DNA of 64,000 nucleotides from Patescibacteria group bacterium. Lineage in GTDB: Bacteria > Patescibacteriota > Minisyncoccia > RBG-13-40-8-A. How positions within the stretch are numbered: the first letter of the stretch is position 1; every line of letters starts with the position of its first letter. The position numbers and the translations under genes were made by a program. The stretch is taken from assembly GCA_043807255.1 (NCBI GenBank), contig JAZDGD010000007.1:17069-81068 (forward strand), in the 5' to 3' direction. The notes under the pieces are model-generated. The model was not told the DNA's origin. It did no database searches and saw only the letters and a list, made by a program, of their open reading frames with translations. This document shows positions 46,387-56,007 of the stretch, piece after piece.

Positions 46387-47419
46387 AGTAGATGTAGCCA
46401 CGTATTCGCCAGTCATCTTGATTTAAAATTCTCACACGCTTAATGCCACGGCCCAAACTCATTTCTGAAATTGTAATCGTGTTCTCTCCTACGGCCTCAA
46501 CATAGGCAACGTGACCATAAATACTTTCTTTTGTAGAAACAATCGCCCCGACAACTGGTTCTGTGCCAGTCGCAAACCCAAATTGTGGTGCTTTTGTAAG
46601 CCAAGTTTTAGCATCTCCGTTCCAAGGAATATACCTTTTTTGAGCAACATACCATGTGCATTGACCCCAAGGGAATCCATGACTTGCATCTCCATATGGC
46701 CCGAGTTCTTCTTGGGTATAAGAGGCATAAGTTCTTGCTTTTGCAGGAATAAATTGAATTGGTTTCTGACCATCGGGAATTATAATTTCCTGTCCAATAG
46801 CCAAAACACCGTTTGCTGGCAAACCATTTAAATTAATGGTCTCGTCGGTATCCCCCTTGTATGTTTTAACAATACCATCTAATGTGTCTCCCTTCTTAAT
46901 CGTGTGTTTAACGCCTGAAACCGGCAATATTGATAATTTCTGACCAATCTTAATCTTGCTTGTTGGGGTTAAATTGTTCGCCCAAAGCAGGGTGTTGGTC
47001 GTAATTCCAAACATTGAAGCGATTTCTGATGGAACGTCTCCTTGCTGAACCTCATAAGCGATAACGCTCCCTCTGCCAGAAGATGAAAACGGCGAAACCG
47101 TTGCTGGAGAATTGTGGGCAACAAAGGCATTGTCTTGAACCATAATTCCTAATTCTTTAAATGATTCATCTATAAAATATGACTCCTCGACTATCTCCTC
47201 GTGTAGATTTAAATAATCAGAAGCATAGACGCAAGAACCACTTATGGCTGAATTTATATCCTCCTGATTTGTGCTGAAATTGCCAGTAAAACTACCAGCA
47301 ATTGTCGTAGTTATGAATAAAACCATTAAAACAATAAAAATAACTGCTGCTACCCCTATATTGGCCGAGCCCACCGGGCTATAGTGCCTAAAATATAGGG
47401 TTTTGAGCAGTTTGCCCAT
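46385..47419 (-). CDS. secreted peptidoglycan hydrolase: two LysM domains plus a CHAP (Cys/His amidohydrolase-peptidase) domain
   Basis: LysM-like HTIKKGDTLDGIV. CHAP motifs GQCTWYV and GHVAYV. Confidence 0.7.
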   Translation of the reverse strand: MGKLLKTLYFRHYSPVGSANIGVAAVIFIVLMVLFITTTIAGSFTGNFSTNQEDINSAISGSCVYASDYLNLHEEIVEESYFIDESFKELGIMVQDNAFVAHNSPATVSPFSSSGRGSVIAYEVQQGDVPSEIASMFGITTNTLLWANNLTPTSKIKIGQKLSILPVSGVKHTIKKGDTLDGIVKTYKGDTDETINLNGLPANGVLAIGQEIIIPDGQKPIQFIPAKARTYASYTQEELGPYGDASHGFPWGQCTWYVAQKRYIPWNGDAKTWLTKAPQFGFATGTEPVVGAIVSTKESIYGHVAYVEAVGENTITISEMSLGRGIKRVRILNQDDWRIRGYIY

Positions 47420-47581
47420 AAAACTACTAGTTGTTTGAATCTTATAAATAGGTTTTTGGTTAAACTGATTACCTAAAATAAAAAATACCTAACTGAGTTT
47501 TGGTACTTTTAATACTATCACAGGAATAAGCCCTTGTCAAGTTTTTTTCGTTAAAATTTTGGCTCGTGTTATACTTGGGTT

Positions 47582-49507
47582 ATGAGCGATATTTTAACTG
47601 ATTTGAATCCAAAACAGCAAGAAGCGGTAACCACGATTGATGGGCCGGTTTTGATATTGGCTGGGCCGGGTTCTGGCAAGACAAAAGTGCTTACTCACCG
47701 CTTAGCATACATGGTAAAATCAGGAATTTTGCCCCAAAACATCTTGGCGGTCACATTTACAAATAAGGCGGCAGGCGAGATGAAATCGCGAACAGCAAAG
47801 CTGCTCGACCATACCAGCTATCTACCTTTTATGGGAACCTTCCACGCATTTTGCTTAAAAACCTTGCGCAAAGAAATCCCCAAATTGGGCTACAGATCAA
47901 GTTTTGTAATTTATGACGAAGACGACCAATTGAGCTTGGTAAAAGACGTTATTAAGCGATTAGAAATTAACCAAGACCAGTTCTCTGCTAAAAGGGCCCT
48001 ACACACAATTTCTTCCCTAAAAAACGAAATTATTGATTACAAAGAATACGAAGATAATGCACAAGAATTTTTTGAGAAAATAATTGCTAAAATTTATAGA
48101 GGGTATCAAGAAGAACTAAAAAAGAACAATGCCCTGGACTTTGATGACTTAATTATGTTTATGGTTAAAATTTTTGAAGAATGGCCAGATGTCTTAGAAA
48201 GATATCAAGAACAATACAAATATATTATGGTTGATGAATATCAGGACACTGACCCATCGCAATACAAATTAATTAAATTATTATCGTCTAAATACAAAAA
48301 TATTTGCGTAGTGGGAGACGACGCACAATCGATTTATTCATTTAGAAATGCGGATTTCAGAAATATTTTGAATTTTGAAAAAGATTATCCGCAAGCAAAA
48401 GTTGTGACCCTAGACCAAAATTATCGATCAACACAAAATATTTTAGACGCTGCTTCAAAATTAATTTCCAAAAATGTTTATCAAAAACCGAAAAATCTTT
48501 GGACAGAGAATCCTTCTGGCCCCTTGATTGCAGTTGTGGGAACCTGGAACGAAAAAAGCGAAGCGGAATTCATTGTTAAAAAGATTGCCGAACTCTCACA
48601 ACAGGGATACAAATTAAGCGATTTTGCAATTTTCTACCGAACCAATGCCCAATCACGTGCAGTTGAAGAGGCGTTTATTAAAAACAACATCCCCTACAAA
48701 TTGGTGGGAGCGATTAGATTTTATCAAAGAAGGGAAATTAAAGATTTGATTGGATATTTAAAATATATTTCCAACGGCGATGAATTGAGTTTAAAAAGAA
48801 TTATTAACACTCCCACTCGAGGGGTTGGCAAAATTACAATTGATAAAATCTTACAAAATGGCATTGAAAAAATCGCTGAAGAAAAAAATGAAGTAGGGTT
48901 ATTCTATAAAATTATTCAAAAAGCAAAAGAACTCGCTCTAAAATCGCCATTATCAAAGCTTTTAAAATTTATTCTCAAAGAAACTGAATATCAGAATTAT
49001 CTTAAAAAAACTTATGGCGATAACGAACTGCAGGCCGGACTTTCTGAAGATGAGGCGCGATGGCAAAACGTTGAAGAGCTCGTCAGTGTTGCTGCCGAAT
49101 ATGATAAACTCCCTTCACCACAAGGATTAAATGATTTTTTGGAAAAAACTGCATTACTTTCTGATGCTGACGAAATTCAAAACAATCAAAATGTTGTACA
49201 TCTAATGACACTTCATACCGCCAAGGGGCTGGAATTTCCAGCAATTTTCATTATTGGTTGCGAAGAGGGAATTTTACCTCATTCGCGAAGCTTACTAAAT
49301 CCTTTAGACATTGAAGAAGAACGCAGACTATTTTATGTCGGCATAACCAGAAGTAAGGTTCATTTACATTTAATCGTTTCTCAACGCAGAACAAGCTGGG
49401 GATCGCAAGAAGCGAATCCGCCATCGAGATTTTTGTCAGAAATACCTGAACATCTAATTCAATACGAAGAATTCGAACCAGACATTAAAGGACTAATTGA
49501 TTTTTAA
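47582..49507 (+). CDS. pcrA: ATP-dependent DNA helicase PcrA/UvrD
   Basis: GPGSGKT, TFTNKAA, DEYQDT and the VTLDQNYRS motifs. Confidence 0.9.
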   Translation: MSDILTDLNPKQQEAVTTIDGPVLILAGPGSGKTKVLTHRLAYMVKSGILPQNILAVTFTNKAAGEMKSRTAKLLDHTSYLPFMGTFHAFCLKTLRKEIPKLGYRSSFVIYDEDDQLSLVKDVIKRLEINQDQFSAKRALHTISSLKNEIIDYKEYEDNAQEFFEKIIAKIYRGYQEELKKNNALDFDDLIMFMVKIFEEWPDVLERYQEQYKYIMVDEYQDTDPSQYKLIKLLSSKYKNICVVGDDAQSIYSFRNADFRNILNFEKDYPQAKVVTLDQNYRSTQNILDAASKLISKNVYQKPKNLWTENPSGPLIAVVGTWNEKSEAEFIVKKIAELSQQGYKLSDFAIFYRTNAQSRAVEEAFIKNNIPYKLVGAIRFYQRREIKDLIGYLKYISNGDELSLKRIINTPTRGVGKITIDKILQNGIEKIAEEKNEVGLFYKIIQKAKELALKSPLSKLLKFILKETEYQNYLKKTYGDNELQAGLSEDEARWQNVEELVSVAAEYDKLPSPQGLNDFLEKTALLSDADEIQNNQNVVHLMTLHTAKGLEFPAIFIIGCEEGILPHSRSLLNPLDIEEERRLFYVGITRSKVHLHLIVSQRRTSWGSQEANPPSRFLSEIPEHLIQYEEFEPDIKGLIDF

Positions 49508-50373
49508 TGATTAAAATTCAAGATATTTTAAACAGATACAATATCAAACCCAATAAATTTATGGGGCAGAATTTTTTGATTGACGAGAATGTTTTGAATA
49601 AAATTATTGAAACTGCAAACATTAAACCAAACGATATTATTTTGGAGGTTGGGCCCGGATTAGGAAATTTAACATTGGAACTAGCAAAAAGGGCAGAGCG
49701 AGTGATTGCGATTGAAAAAGATAGAGAATTGTGTGAAATATTAGAAAAAATTCTAAAAGATAACAACATAAAAAATGTCCAAATTATCAATGACGATATT
49801 TTAAAAATGGGAGACATCGCACGTCCCCATGTAGGACGTGCGATGTCCTACATGGTTGTGGCAAATATTCCGTACTATCTTACTTCGCCATTGATTAGAA
49901 TGTTTTTGGAAACAGAAAATAAACCAAGCGAAATAATTTTAATGATTCAAAAAGAGGTGGCTCAGCGCATCTGCGCTTCGCCACCCACTAAATCGCCAAA
50001 GGCGATCGGGCCCGAACTACGAAGTAGTTCTAGGGCAAAAATGTCCTTACTCGCCGTATCTGTGCAATTTTATGCTAAACCAGAGATAATTTCTTTTGTT
50101 TCTAAAAATAGTTTTTACCCTGTGCCAAAAGTGGATTCTTCAATCATCAAAATAGTGCCCTACAACACAAAGAATGTTGGACGTCCGACGTCCAACATTG
50201 ATACGGAAAAGTTTTTTAAATTGGTGAAAATGGGGTTTTCTGCGAAAAGAAAGATGCTAAAAAACAACATCCCTGAAATTAATTTTGAAAAATTAAATTT
50301 AAATCCAGGTATTCGTGCAGAGAGTTTAACGATCAATGATTGGATTAAAATTTATGAACAATTTAATCCCTAA
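49507..50373 (+). CDS. rsmA: 16S rRNA (adenine1518/1519-N6)-dimethyltransferase with three in-frame palindromic-element segments
   Basis: GQNFL, EVGPGLGNLT and NIPYY. The extra segments are KMGDIARPHVGRAMSYM, TKSPKAIGPELRSSS and NVGRPTSNID. Confidence 0.88.
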   Translation: MIKIQDILNRYNIKPNKFMGQNFLIDENVLNKIIETANIKPNDIILEVGPGLGNLTLELAKRAERVIAIEKDRELCEILEKILKDNNIKNVQIINDDILKMGDIARPHVGRAMSYMVVANIPYYLTSPLIRMFLETENKPSEIILMIQKEVAQRICASPPTKSPKAIGPELRSSSRAKMSLLAVSVQFYAKPEIISFVSKNSFYPVPKVDSSIIKIVPYNTKNVGRPTSNIDTEKFFKLVKMGFSAKRKMLKNNIPEINFEKLNLNPGIRAESLTINDWIKIYEQFNP

Positions 50374-51976
50374 CATTAAAAAAAATTTAAACTTCATATT
50401 ACCCATTACGAGCGGACTGTTGTTGATTTTGTTCCCTTTGTTCGATTTTAATCATCTGATTTGGTTTTCATTGATTCCATTATTTTTATTTATATTTTCA
50501 AAATCAACAACAACAAAGAGGGCATTTTTTGGTGGGTTAGTCACTGGCACAATTTTCGGTGGCGGATTGCTTTTGTGGTTATTTGACACTGTGCCATTTG
50601 AATTCTTGGATGTTAACACTGAGAAAGAAGTTGTTGTGGTATTTTTCGTCTTTCTCCTTCTGTGGCTCATTCACATTCTATTCGTTGGATTATTTATTGG
50701 TGCGTTCTCATGGACAATTAAAAAATTATTGTCTCTGAAAATCAATACAATTTGGCCAATATTCTTAATCCCAGGAATTTGGATAATTTTTGAATATTTA
50801 CGAACTTGGGGATTTAATATCTTGTGGCTGGGGAAAGAAACCCTATGGAGTCCCTATTGGACGTGGGGGAATTTAGCGTATTTTTTGCACAACAATTCTC
50901 CTCTCTCGCAAATAGCGGACATCGGCGGAATTTATTTAATTAGCTTCTTAATTGTTTTAATTAATACTTTATTGTTTTTAATGATCTATAAAATTAAACA
51001 AAAAACCATATCTCTTAAATATTTCGCATCTATAATAATTTTTATCATTTCAATTTTTTCGATTTGGAAATGTTATGGATTTTATAAATTGAACATTCCC
51101 GAGAACGGCAAAATAATTAAATTAGCAATCCTACAAACCAATTTTGCTTCTGGAAACGAACTGAACGCCTATAATCGGCTTGATATTTTTAATATCGTAA
51201 AAAAAATATTTCAAGAACCAGAAAACATTAACCAAAATCCAGACATCATTATTGAGCCCGAAGGATTTAGCATTACAGCAATGGCTGGAAGCAATGAAAT
51301 TGCTAAATATATTCTCAAAGATTTTTGGCGACCAGGACAAATTTTTATTGAGAATCAAAAATTTACGGACAAAAACGGAAAAACAACATCTCGATTGTTC
51401 TATTTTGATTTAGACAAAAAAGAACCAATCGCTGTTTATGACAAGACATTTTTAATGCCCAATGGAGATTATTTGCCATATATTACAAAACTTTTTCTTA
51501 ATTTATATTCTTTCAAAACCGACTTGAAAGAAAAATTCTTTTCTCGTGGAAATTTTTCTTACCCAGCCAAAACATTAAAGGGCAATGTCGGCGGAACAAT
51601 ATGCACTGGATTTATGTCTCCAAACGAAAATAGACGAATGACTAATAACGGAGCCGAGATATTAATGTCGTCTTCTAGCGATGCACCATTTCATGGCTCT
51701 GCAACCCTCCTAAATCAAATTATGGCGATGACAAAATTCCGAGCCATAGAAAATAATCGTTATTTTGCGCAAGCAACCAATGTGGGGTATTCTTTTCTGC
51801 TCAATTCCAAAGGAGAAGTTATTGACAAGTCCCCAACCATAGATAATCGCATAATATTTGTAGATGCCAAACTTTTAACAGACAAATCCTTATATACAAA
51901 ATATGGTGATTGGATAATTTATTTAACAATTTTGATATTAACAATCTTTTTGTTTTTAAAATTTTATAAAAAATGA
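50336..51976 (+). CDS. lnt: apolipoprotein N-acyltransferase-like (N-terminal polytopic membrane domain plus C-N hydrolase domain)
   Basis: TM topology plus nitrilase-superfamily region. Confidence 0.55.
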   Translation: MIGLKFMNNLIPNIKKNLNFILPITSGLLLILFPLFDFNHLIWFSLIPLFLFIFSKSTTTKRAFFGGLVTGTIFGGGLLLWLFDTVPFEFLDVNTEKEVVVVFFVFLLLWLIHILFVGLFIGAFSWTIKKLLSLKINTIWPIFLIPGIWIIFEYLRTWGFNILWLGKETLWSPYWTWGNLAYFLHNNSPLSQIADIGGIYLISFLIVLINTLLFLMIYKIKQKTISLKYFASIIIFIISIFSIWKCYGFYKLNIPENGKIIKLAILQTNFASGNELNAYNRLDIFNIVKKIFQEPENINQNPDIIIEPEGFSITAMAGSNEIAKYILKDFWRPGQIFIENQKFTDKNGKTTSRLFYFDLDKKEPIAVYDKTFLMPNGDYLPYITKLFLNLYSFKTDLKEKFFSRGNFSYPAKTLKGNVGGTICTGFMSPNENRRMTNNGAEILMSSSSDAPFHGSATLLNQIMAMTKFRAIENNRYFAQATNVGYSFLLNSKGEVIDKSPTIDNRIIFVDAKLLTDKSLYTKYGDWIIYLTILILTIFLFLKFYKK

Positions 51977-52027
51977 TATAATTAATTTAACATAGCTTGA
52001 CATTTAAATTTTTGGTATAATAAGAGT

Positions 52028-53038
52028 ATGAAAATCAAAAAATCACACTTAACTATAATCCCGTTAGCATTAATTTTTGCTATTGGGTTAATTTTATTTA
52101 TCGGTGCTTATTCGAAAAGAGATGCTTTCTCCAGCTATAATTTATGGGGAGCAAGACAAACAATTGTTGAATCCCAAAATCTTGATACTGACAACGACGG
52201 ACTTAAGGACTGGGAAGAAGATTTATACAAAACCGACAGGTTGAATCCCGACACAGACAATGATGGATACTTAGACGGCGAAGAAATTAATTCTGGGCAC
52301 AATCCATTAATCAAAGCACCGGGAGACGAAGAAATGTTTTATCCGCTTCCCTTAGGAGATAAATACAATATTACAAATAAAATTTTGAATAGCGAATTTA
52401 TTGACTCGATATTAGAATCGTATGTTGCTCAAAAAAACGAATATATTAATGATCACCAAATCACATCACCGGACGAATATGGTCAGACAATAGACAAAAC
52501 AACGGTTCAAACAATGTTCACAAGAGCAATCGCCGAAGGATATCCATTACTAATTGAAAGCGCTGACCAAATATTACAAAAAATGCCAGAAATCTTTAAC
52601 ATACAGATTTCAGACGACAATATTTTTGTATCCGATGACAATAGTACAGAAAACGTTAAATCCTATATTGAAAAAACCTCGTCTATCTTAAAATCAAAAA
52701 CATTTTTATTGCAACAACAAAGTTTTTCTGCTGTCACTTCCGCATTTAAAGAGGGTGATTTTTCAAAAATAGACACGGTAATCAAAGACAACGCAGGCAA
52801 AATTGACACTTTAAAAGAAATTGTTGTGCCATCTTCCTGGAAAGAAATTCATAAAGAGGGGTTGGGGTTAATTTTAACCATCCGAAACATCTTTATATCG
52901 TTCAGAGACCTTCCCAATGATCCCCTAAAAGCATATGCCGCCTTAAATGAATTTGAAAAATTTTCCGACAGATGGAATGGCTTTATAGAAAAAGCGATTA
53001 ATTTAGCGAAACAACAAAACATAGAAATTAATTTATAA
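52028..53038 (+). CDS. secreted or anchored protein with thrombospondin-type-3-like Ca-binding repeats (DTDNDG)
   Basis: DTDNDGLKDWEED and DTDNDGYLDGEE. Confidence 0.5.
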   Translation: MKIKKSHLTIIPLALIFAIGLILFIGAYSKRDAFSSYNLWGARQTIVESQNLDTDNDGLKDWEEDLYKTDRLNPDTDNDGYLDGEEINSGHNPLIKAPGDEEMFYPLPLGDKYNITNKILNSEFIDSILESYVAQKNEYINDHQITSPDEYGQTIDKTTVQTMFTRAIAEGYPLLIESADQILQKMPEIFNIQISDDNIFVSDDNSTENVKSYIEKTSSILKSKTFLLQQQSFSAVTSAFKEGDFSKIDTVIKDNAGKIDTLKEIVVPSSWKEIHKEGLGLILTIRNIFISFRDLPNDPLKAYAALNEFEKFSDRWNGFIEKAINLAKQQNIEINL

Positions 53039-53043
53039 AAATT

Positions 53044-55980
53044 ATGCTCAACAAATTTCAAAAAATAATAATTTCTTCCATTATATTTTGTTTAATTTTT
53101 GGTTTTGTTTTTAATATATTTCTTACCAGACCAAAAATAGTACAAGCAACTGACGGAGGTGCTGGTTTTTTAAATTTAATGAAAGAGACAGTACTTGACG
53201 CTGTCGGTTGGGGAGTTACGGATATGGTATTGAAACCATTAAAACAAAAAATACAGGATTGGGGGATGGGCAAAACAAGCGATAGCAACACACCATTCTT
53301 TGTTATGGATTGGAAAAAGTTTTGGGACGACGCATTAGATATTGCTTCAGCAAAATTTATAGAAGAACTGGGAGCGACAAAGCTTTGCGGACCATTACAA
53401 ATAAGCATTGGTCAAAATCCAACATTTACTACATATTATAGTGACAAACCACAATACAAAAACTATTCTGCTTGCACGCTTGATAATGTTGTGGATAATG
53501 TTGAGTCGTTTTTTAAAAATCCATCAATTTCTGTTTATGGCTGGGACGCATGGACAGCATTAACTCAACCGAATAATAATTTTTTGGGTGCGTATCTGAT
53601 GGCAGCGCAAAGACAAGATGAATTGGCACAGGAAGAACTTGATGCCAAAAACAAAGAAACCGCAGTAAGCGAGGGGACTAAAAATGAAACAACAACTAAG
53701 GCAACGGACACTGATACTTGTAATAAAAAATGTGATACTGATTTCCCAACCACAACTCCTGGCAACGACATAAAATGGAATGATTGTCTCGACAAGTGCG
53801 AGACAACAACAAAAGGCGTTCCAACACAAAGCGGGGTTAAGAATCTCGGAGCAACAATCAAAGAGAATATGGACAAGGCCCTGGGAGCAGATATGAGCAG
53901 AATCATTAGTGCAGACGAAATCAGTGAACTTGTGGGAGTGTTTTTTAGCGCTGTTTTAAACAAAGCTATTGATGGATTAGGACTAGTCCCATCTTCTGCT
54001 AACCAAACAACCCAAGAACAGAATCGAAACGAAAATAAAGATCTTTACGGATACGGAACATCGGTAGGGCAAACAATTACCCCTGAAATGCAAAAAGACA
54101 TCCGCACTACTATTTTAAATGGCACACTTAAGGGAGTACAAATGATATCGAGAGCAACAGCAAAATGTAAAGATGAAAAAACGATGCTTACTGAATTAGA
54201 TTTCAATAAAAACATTACTGACATGTATTCGGCACAATTAGAAGCATTGTATGTCGGAACAACCGGAATTGCCTTAAAGCCCGACTTTACAGTATTAGAC
54301 TCTCCATTCGCTCCGTTTTCTCTATACGGTTATCGTTGGGGAGAAATTCCTGTAAACAAGATACCAGCTAAGTGCAAAAAGATGATCACTCAGTCAAGCG
54401 GAGGATTAACCGCTTCCTGCAAAGATATTGTTAGCGGTCTTGAGCCAAATTACAGTAAACAATGCACTCAATGTATTTATGATGATAGCGAATTAAATTG
54501 TCCACCTGCACCATATCCGCCATTTTCAAAACCATCCGTATTAACAAAAGCAGTGGTTACTGCCAAACAAGAATTTTATAGTGGTTGTATGAACTGGTAT
54601 GAAGTAACAACCAATAGATGTAAAGAATGTGTGAAAAAGACAGATGAAAAATGCGATCAGGAAGATGGCGCTCAAAAACAAGCATGCATTGAAAGCGTCT
54701 GCAGTAATTACGAAGACCTGAAACCACATGTTGTCTCTACAATAAGCAGTGGCATTGATTTCCATAGTAAGTGTTTGCTTGAAGAAACAAAAACATCTTG
54801 TTTCACCTGCCTTAAAGAATATTTTATGCCTGCGTCATACTGCGATGATATGAGTGCATTTACTGCGCGCGCATTAATAAAATATCCTGGCGTGGTATTG
54901 ATGGGTGACGCCAGAACCAGTGCATATTTTATAGGGAGATACGATTCAACGTTTGCCGATGCATTTGAGGGTGGCACAAAATGTAATAACGATCGAGACG
55001 CAAAGAAAGCAATAGACGTAAGTTTGATTTGTCAAATTATGCCCGACTTTGAAGACAACGGCATAAAGGTCTGTAAACAATATTGTATGGGGCACGGTAT
55101 GACTGAAGCAGAATTAAACGATATTGTGGACAATCGACCAACAAATGAAGATTGTAACAATCAAAAATTAAACATCGGCGGAAGTATAAATGTTTGGAAT
55201 ACTGTTAGCAATGGGAATTTTCAACAATTAAGTAAATGTTGCGCAGCAACAAATACAACAGATCTAAAGAGATACCAAACTTGTATTGGGGGATCAAAAC
55301 CATTGGTAGATGTTCCCCCTGTGTCCCCTTGCACGTTTGCTAAGCCAGTCAATCAAGAACCAGAATGTTATTGTAATGACGGCGAAAGACCGTTGGGATG
55401 GGCTAAGGCAAAAGTTTTTCCAGAATATACCAATGAATCGGATATAAGTTTTTGTACAGATTTCGAATTTCAATCACCTGGCACAAAACGATTAAGAATA
55501 TATACTGACAGCACTCCTGGCGGAGCGGTCGTTTATATCGGCAAAGACAGCTGTACGTATAATGGTACATACAAATTACAAGAACCAACTTCTACTGCTT
55601 GCCCGCCAAGCAACCCATTATTTATGGCCGAGACTTCTTTTGGAACGAATTCACAAGAATTTTATTATAACTTATCAGACACAGGCACGTTGCATGGCGG
55701 AGTATTTAATAATGACTTAACCGACACAAAAGCGACCACAATGCACGTATGCGCTCCCTGTGACCCATCAGATACAGGATATCCCAACTATGGAACAAGC
55801 TTGAATCAATGTTCGGGCAAATTAAGTAGCACTTCTGGAAGCGAAGGGTCTTATGTCCCACCAATCATGCCTGGGGACTGTTCATATACTCCACCAGGAG
55901 GAATGCCATCGTGCCCGAAAGATAAATACAATAGATGCATCCCGCCCCAAGATGATGATCCGATGTGTGAATGCAGATAA
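53044..55980 (+). CDS. large (978 aa) Cys-rich secreted or surface protein, hypothetical
   Basis: N-terminal TM or signal; many Cys. Confidence 0.45.
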   Translation: MLNKFQKIIISSIIFCLIFGFVFNIFLTRPKIVQATDGGAGFLNLMKETVLDAVGWGVTDMVLKPLKQKIQDWGMGKTSDSNTPFFVMDWKKFWDDALDIASAKFIEELGATKLCGPLQISIGQNPTFTTYYSDKPQYKNYSACTLDNVVDNVESFFKNPSISVYGWDAWTALTQPNNNFLGAYLMAAQRQDELAQEELDAKNKETAVSEGTKNETTTKATDTDTCNKKCDTDFPTTTPGNDIKWNDCLDKCETTTKGVPTQSGVKNLGATIKENMDKALGADMSRIISADEISELVGVFFSAVLNKAIDGLGLVPSSANQTTQEQNRNENKDLYGYGTSVGQTITPEMQKDIRTTILNGTLKGVQMISRATAKCKDEKTMLTELDFNKNITDMYSAQLEALYVGTTGIALKPDFTVLDSPFAPFSLYGYRWGEIPVNKIPAKCKKMITQSSGGLTASCKDIVSGLEPNYSKQCTQCIYDDSELNCPPAPYPPFSKPSVLTKAVVTAKQEFYSGCMNWYEVTTNRCKECVKKTDEKCDQEDGAQKQACIESVCSNYEDLKPHVVSTISSGIDFHSKCLLEETKTSCFTCLKEYFMPASYCDDMSAFTARALIKYPGVVLMGDARTSAYFIGRYDSTFADAFEGGTKCNNDRDAKKAIDVSLICQIMPDFEDNGIKVCKQYCMGHGMTEAELNDIVDNRPTNEDCNNQKLNIGGSINVWNTVSNGNFQQLSKCCAATNTTDLKRYQTCIGGSKPLVDVPPVSPCTFAKPVNQEPECYCNDGERPLGWAKAKVFPEYTNESDISFCTDFEFQSPGTKRLRIYTDSTPGGAVVYIGKDSCTYNGTYKLQEPTSTACPPSNPLFMAETSFGTNSQEFYYNLSDTGTLHGGVFNNDLTDTKATTMHVCAPCDPSDTGYPNYGTSLNQCSGKLSSTSGSEGSYVPPIMPGDCSYTPPGGMPSCPKDKYNRCIPPQDDDPMCECR

Positions 55981-56007
55981 AATACAAATATTGAAAAATA
56001 AAAAAAC

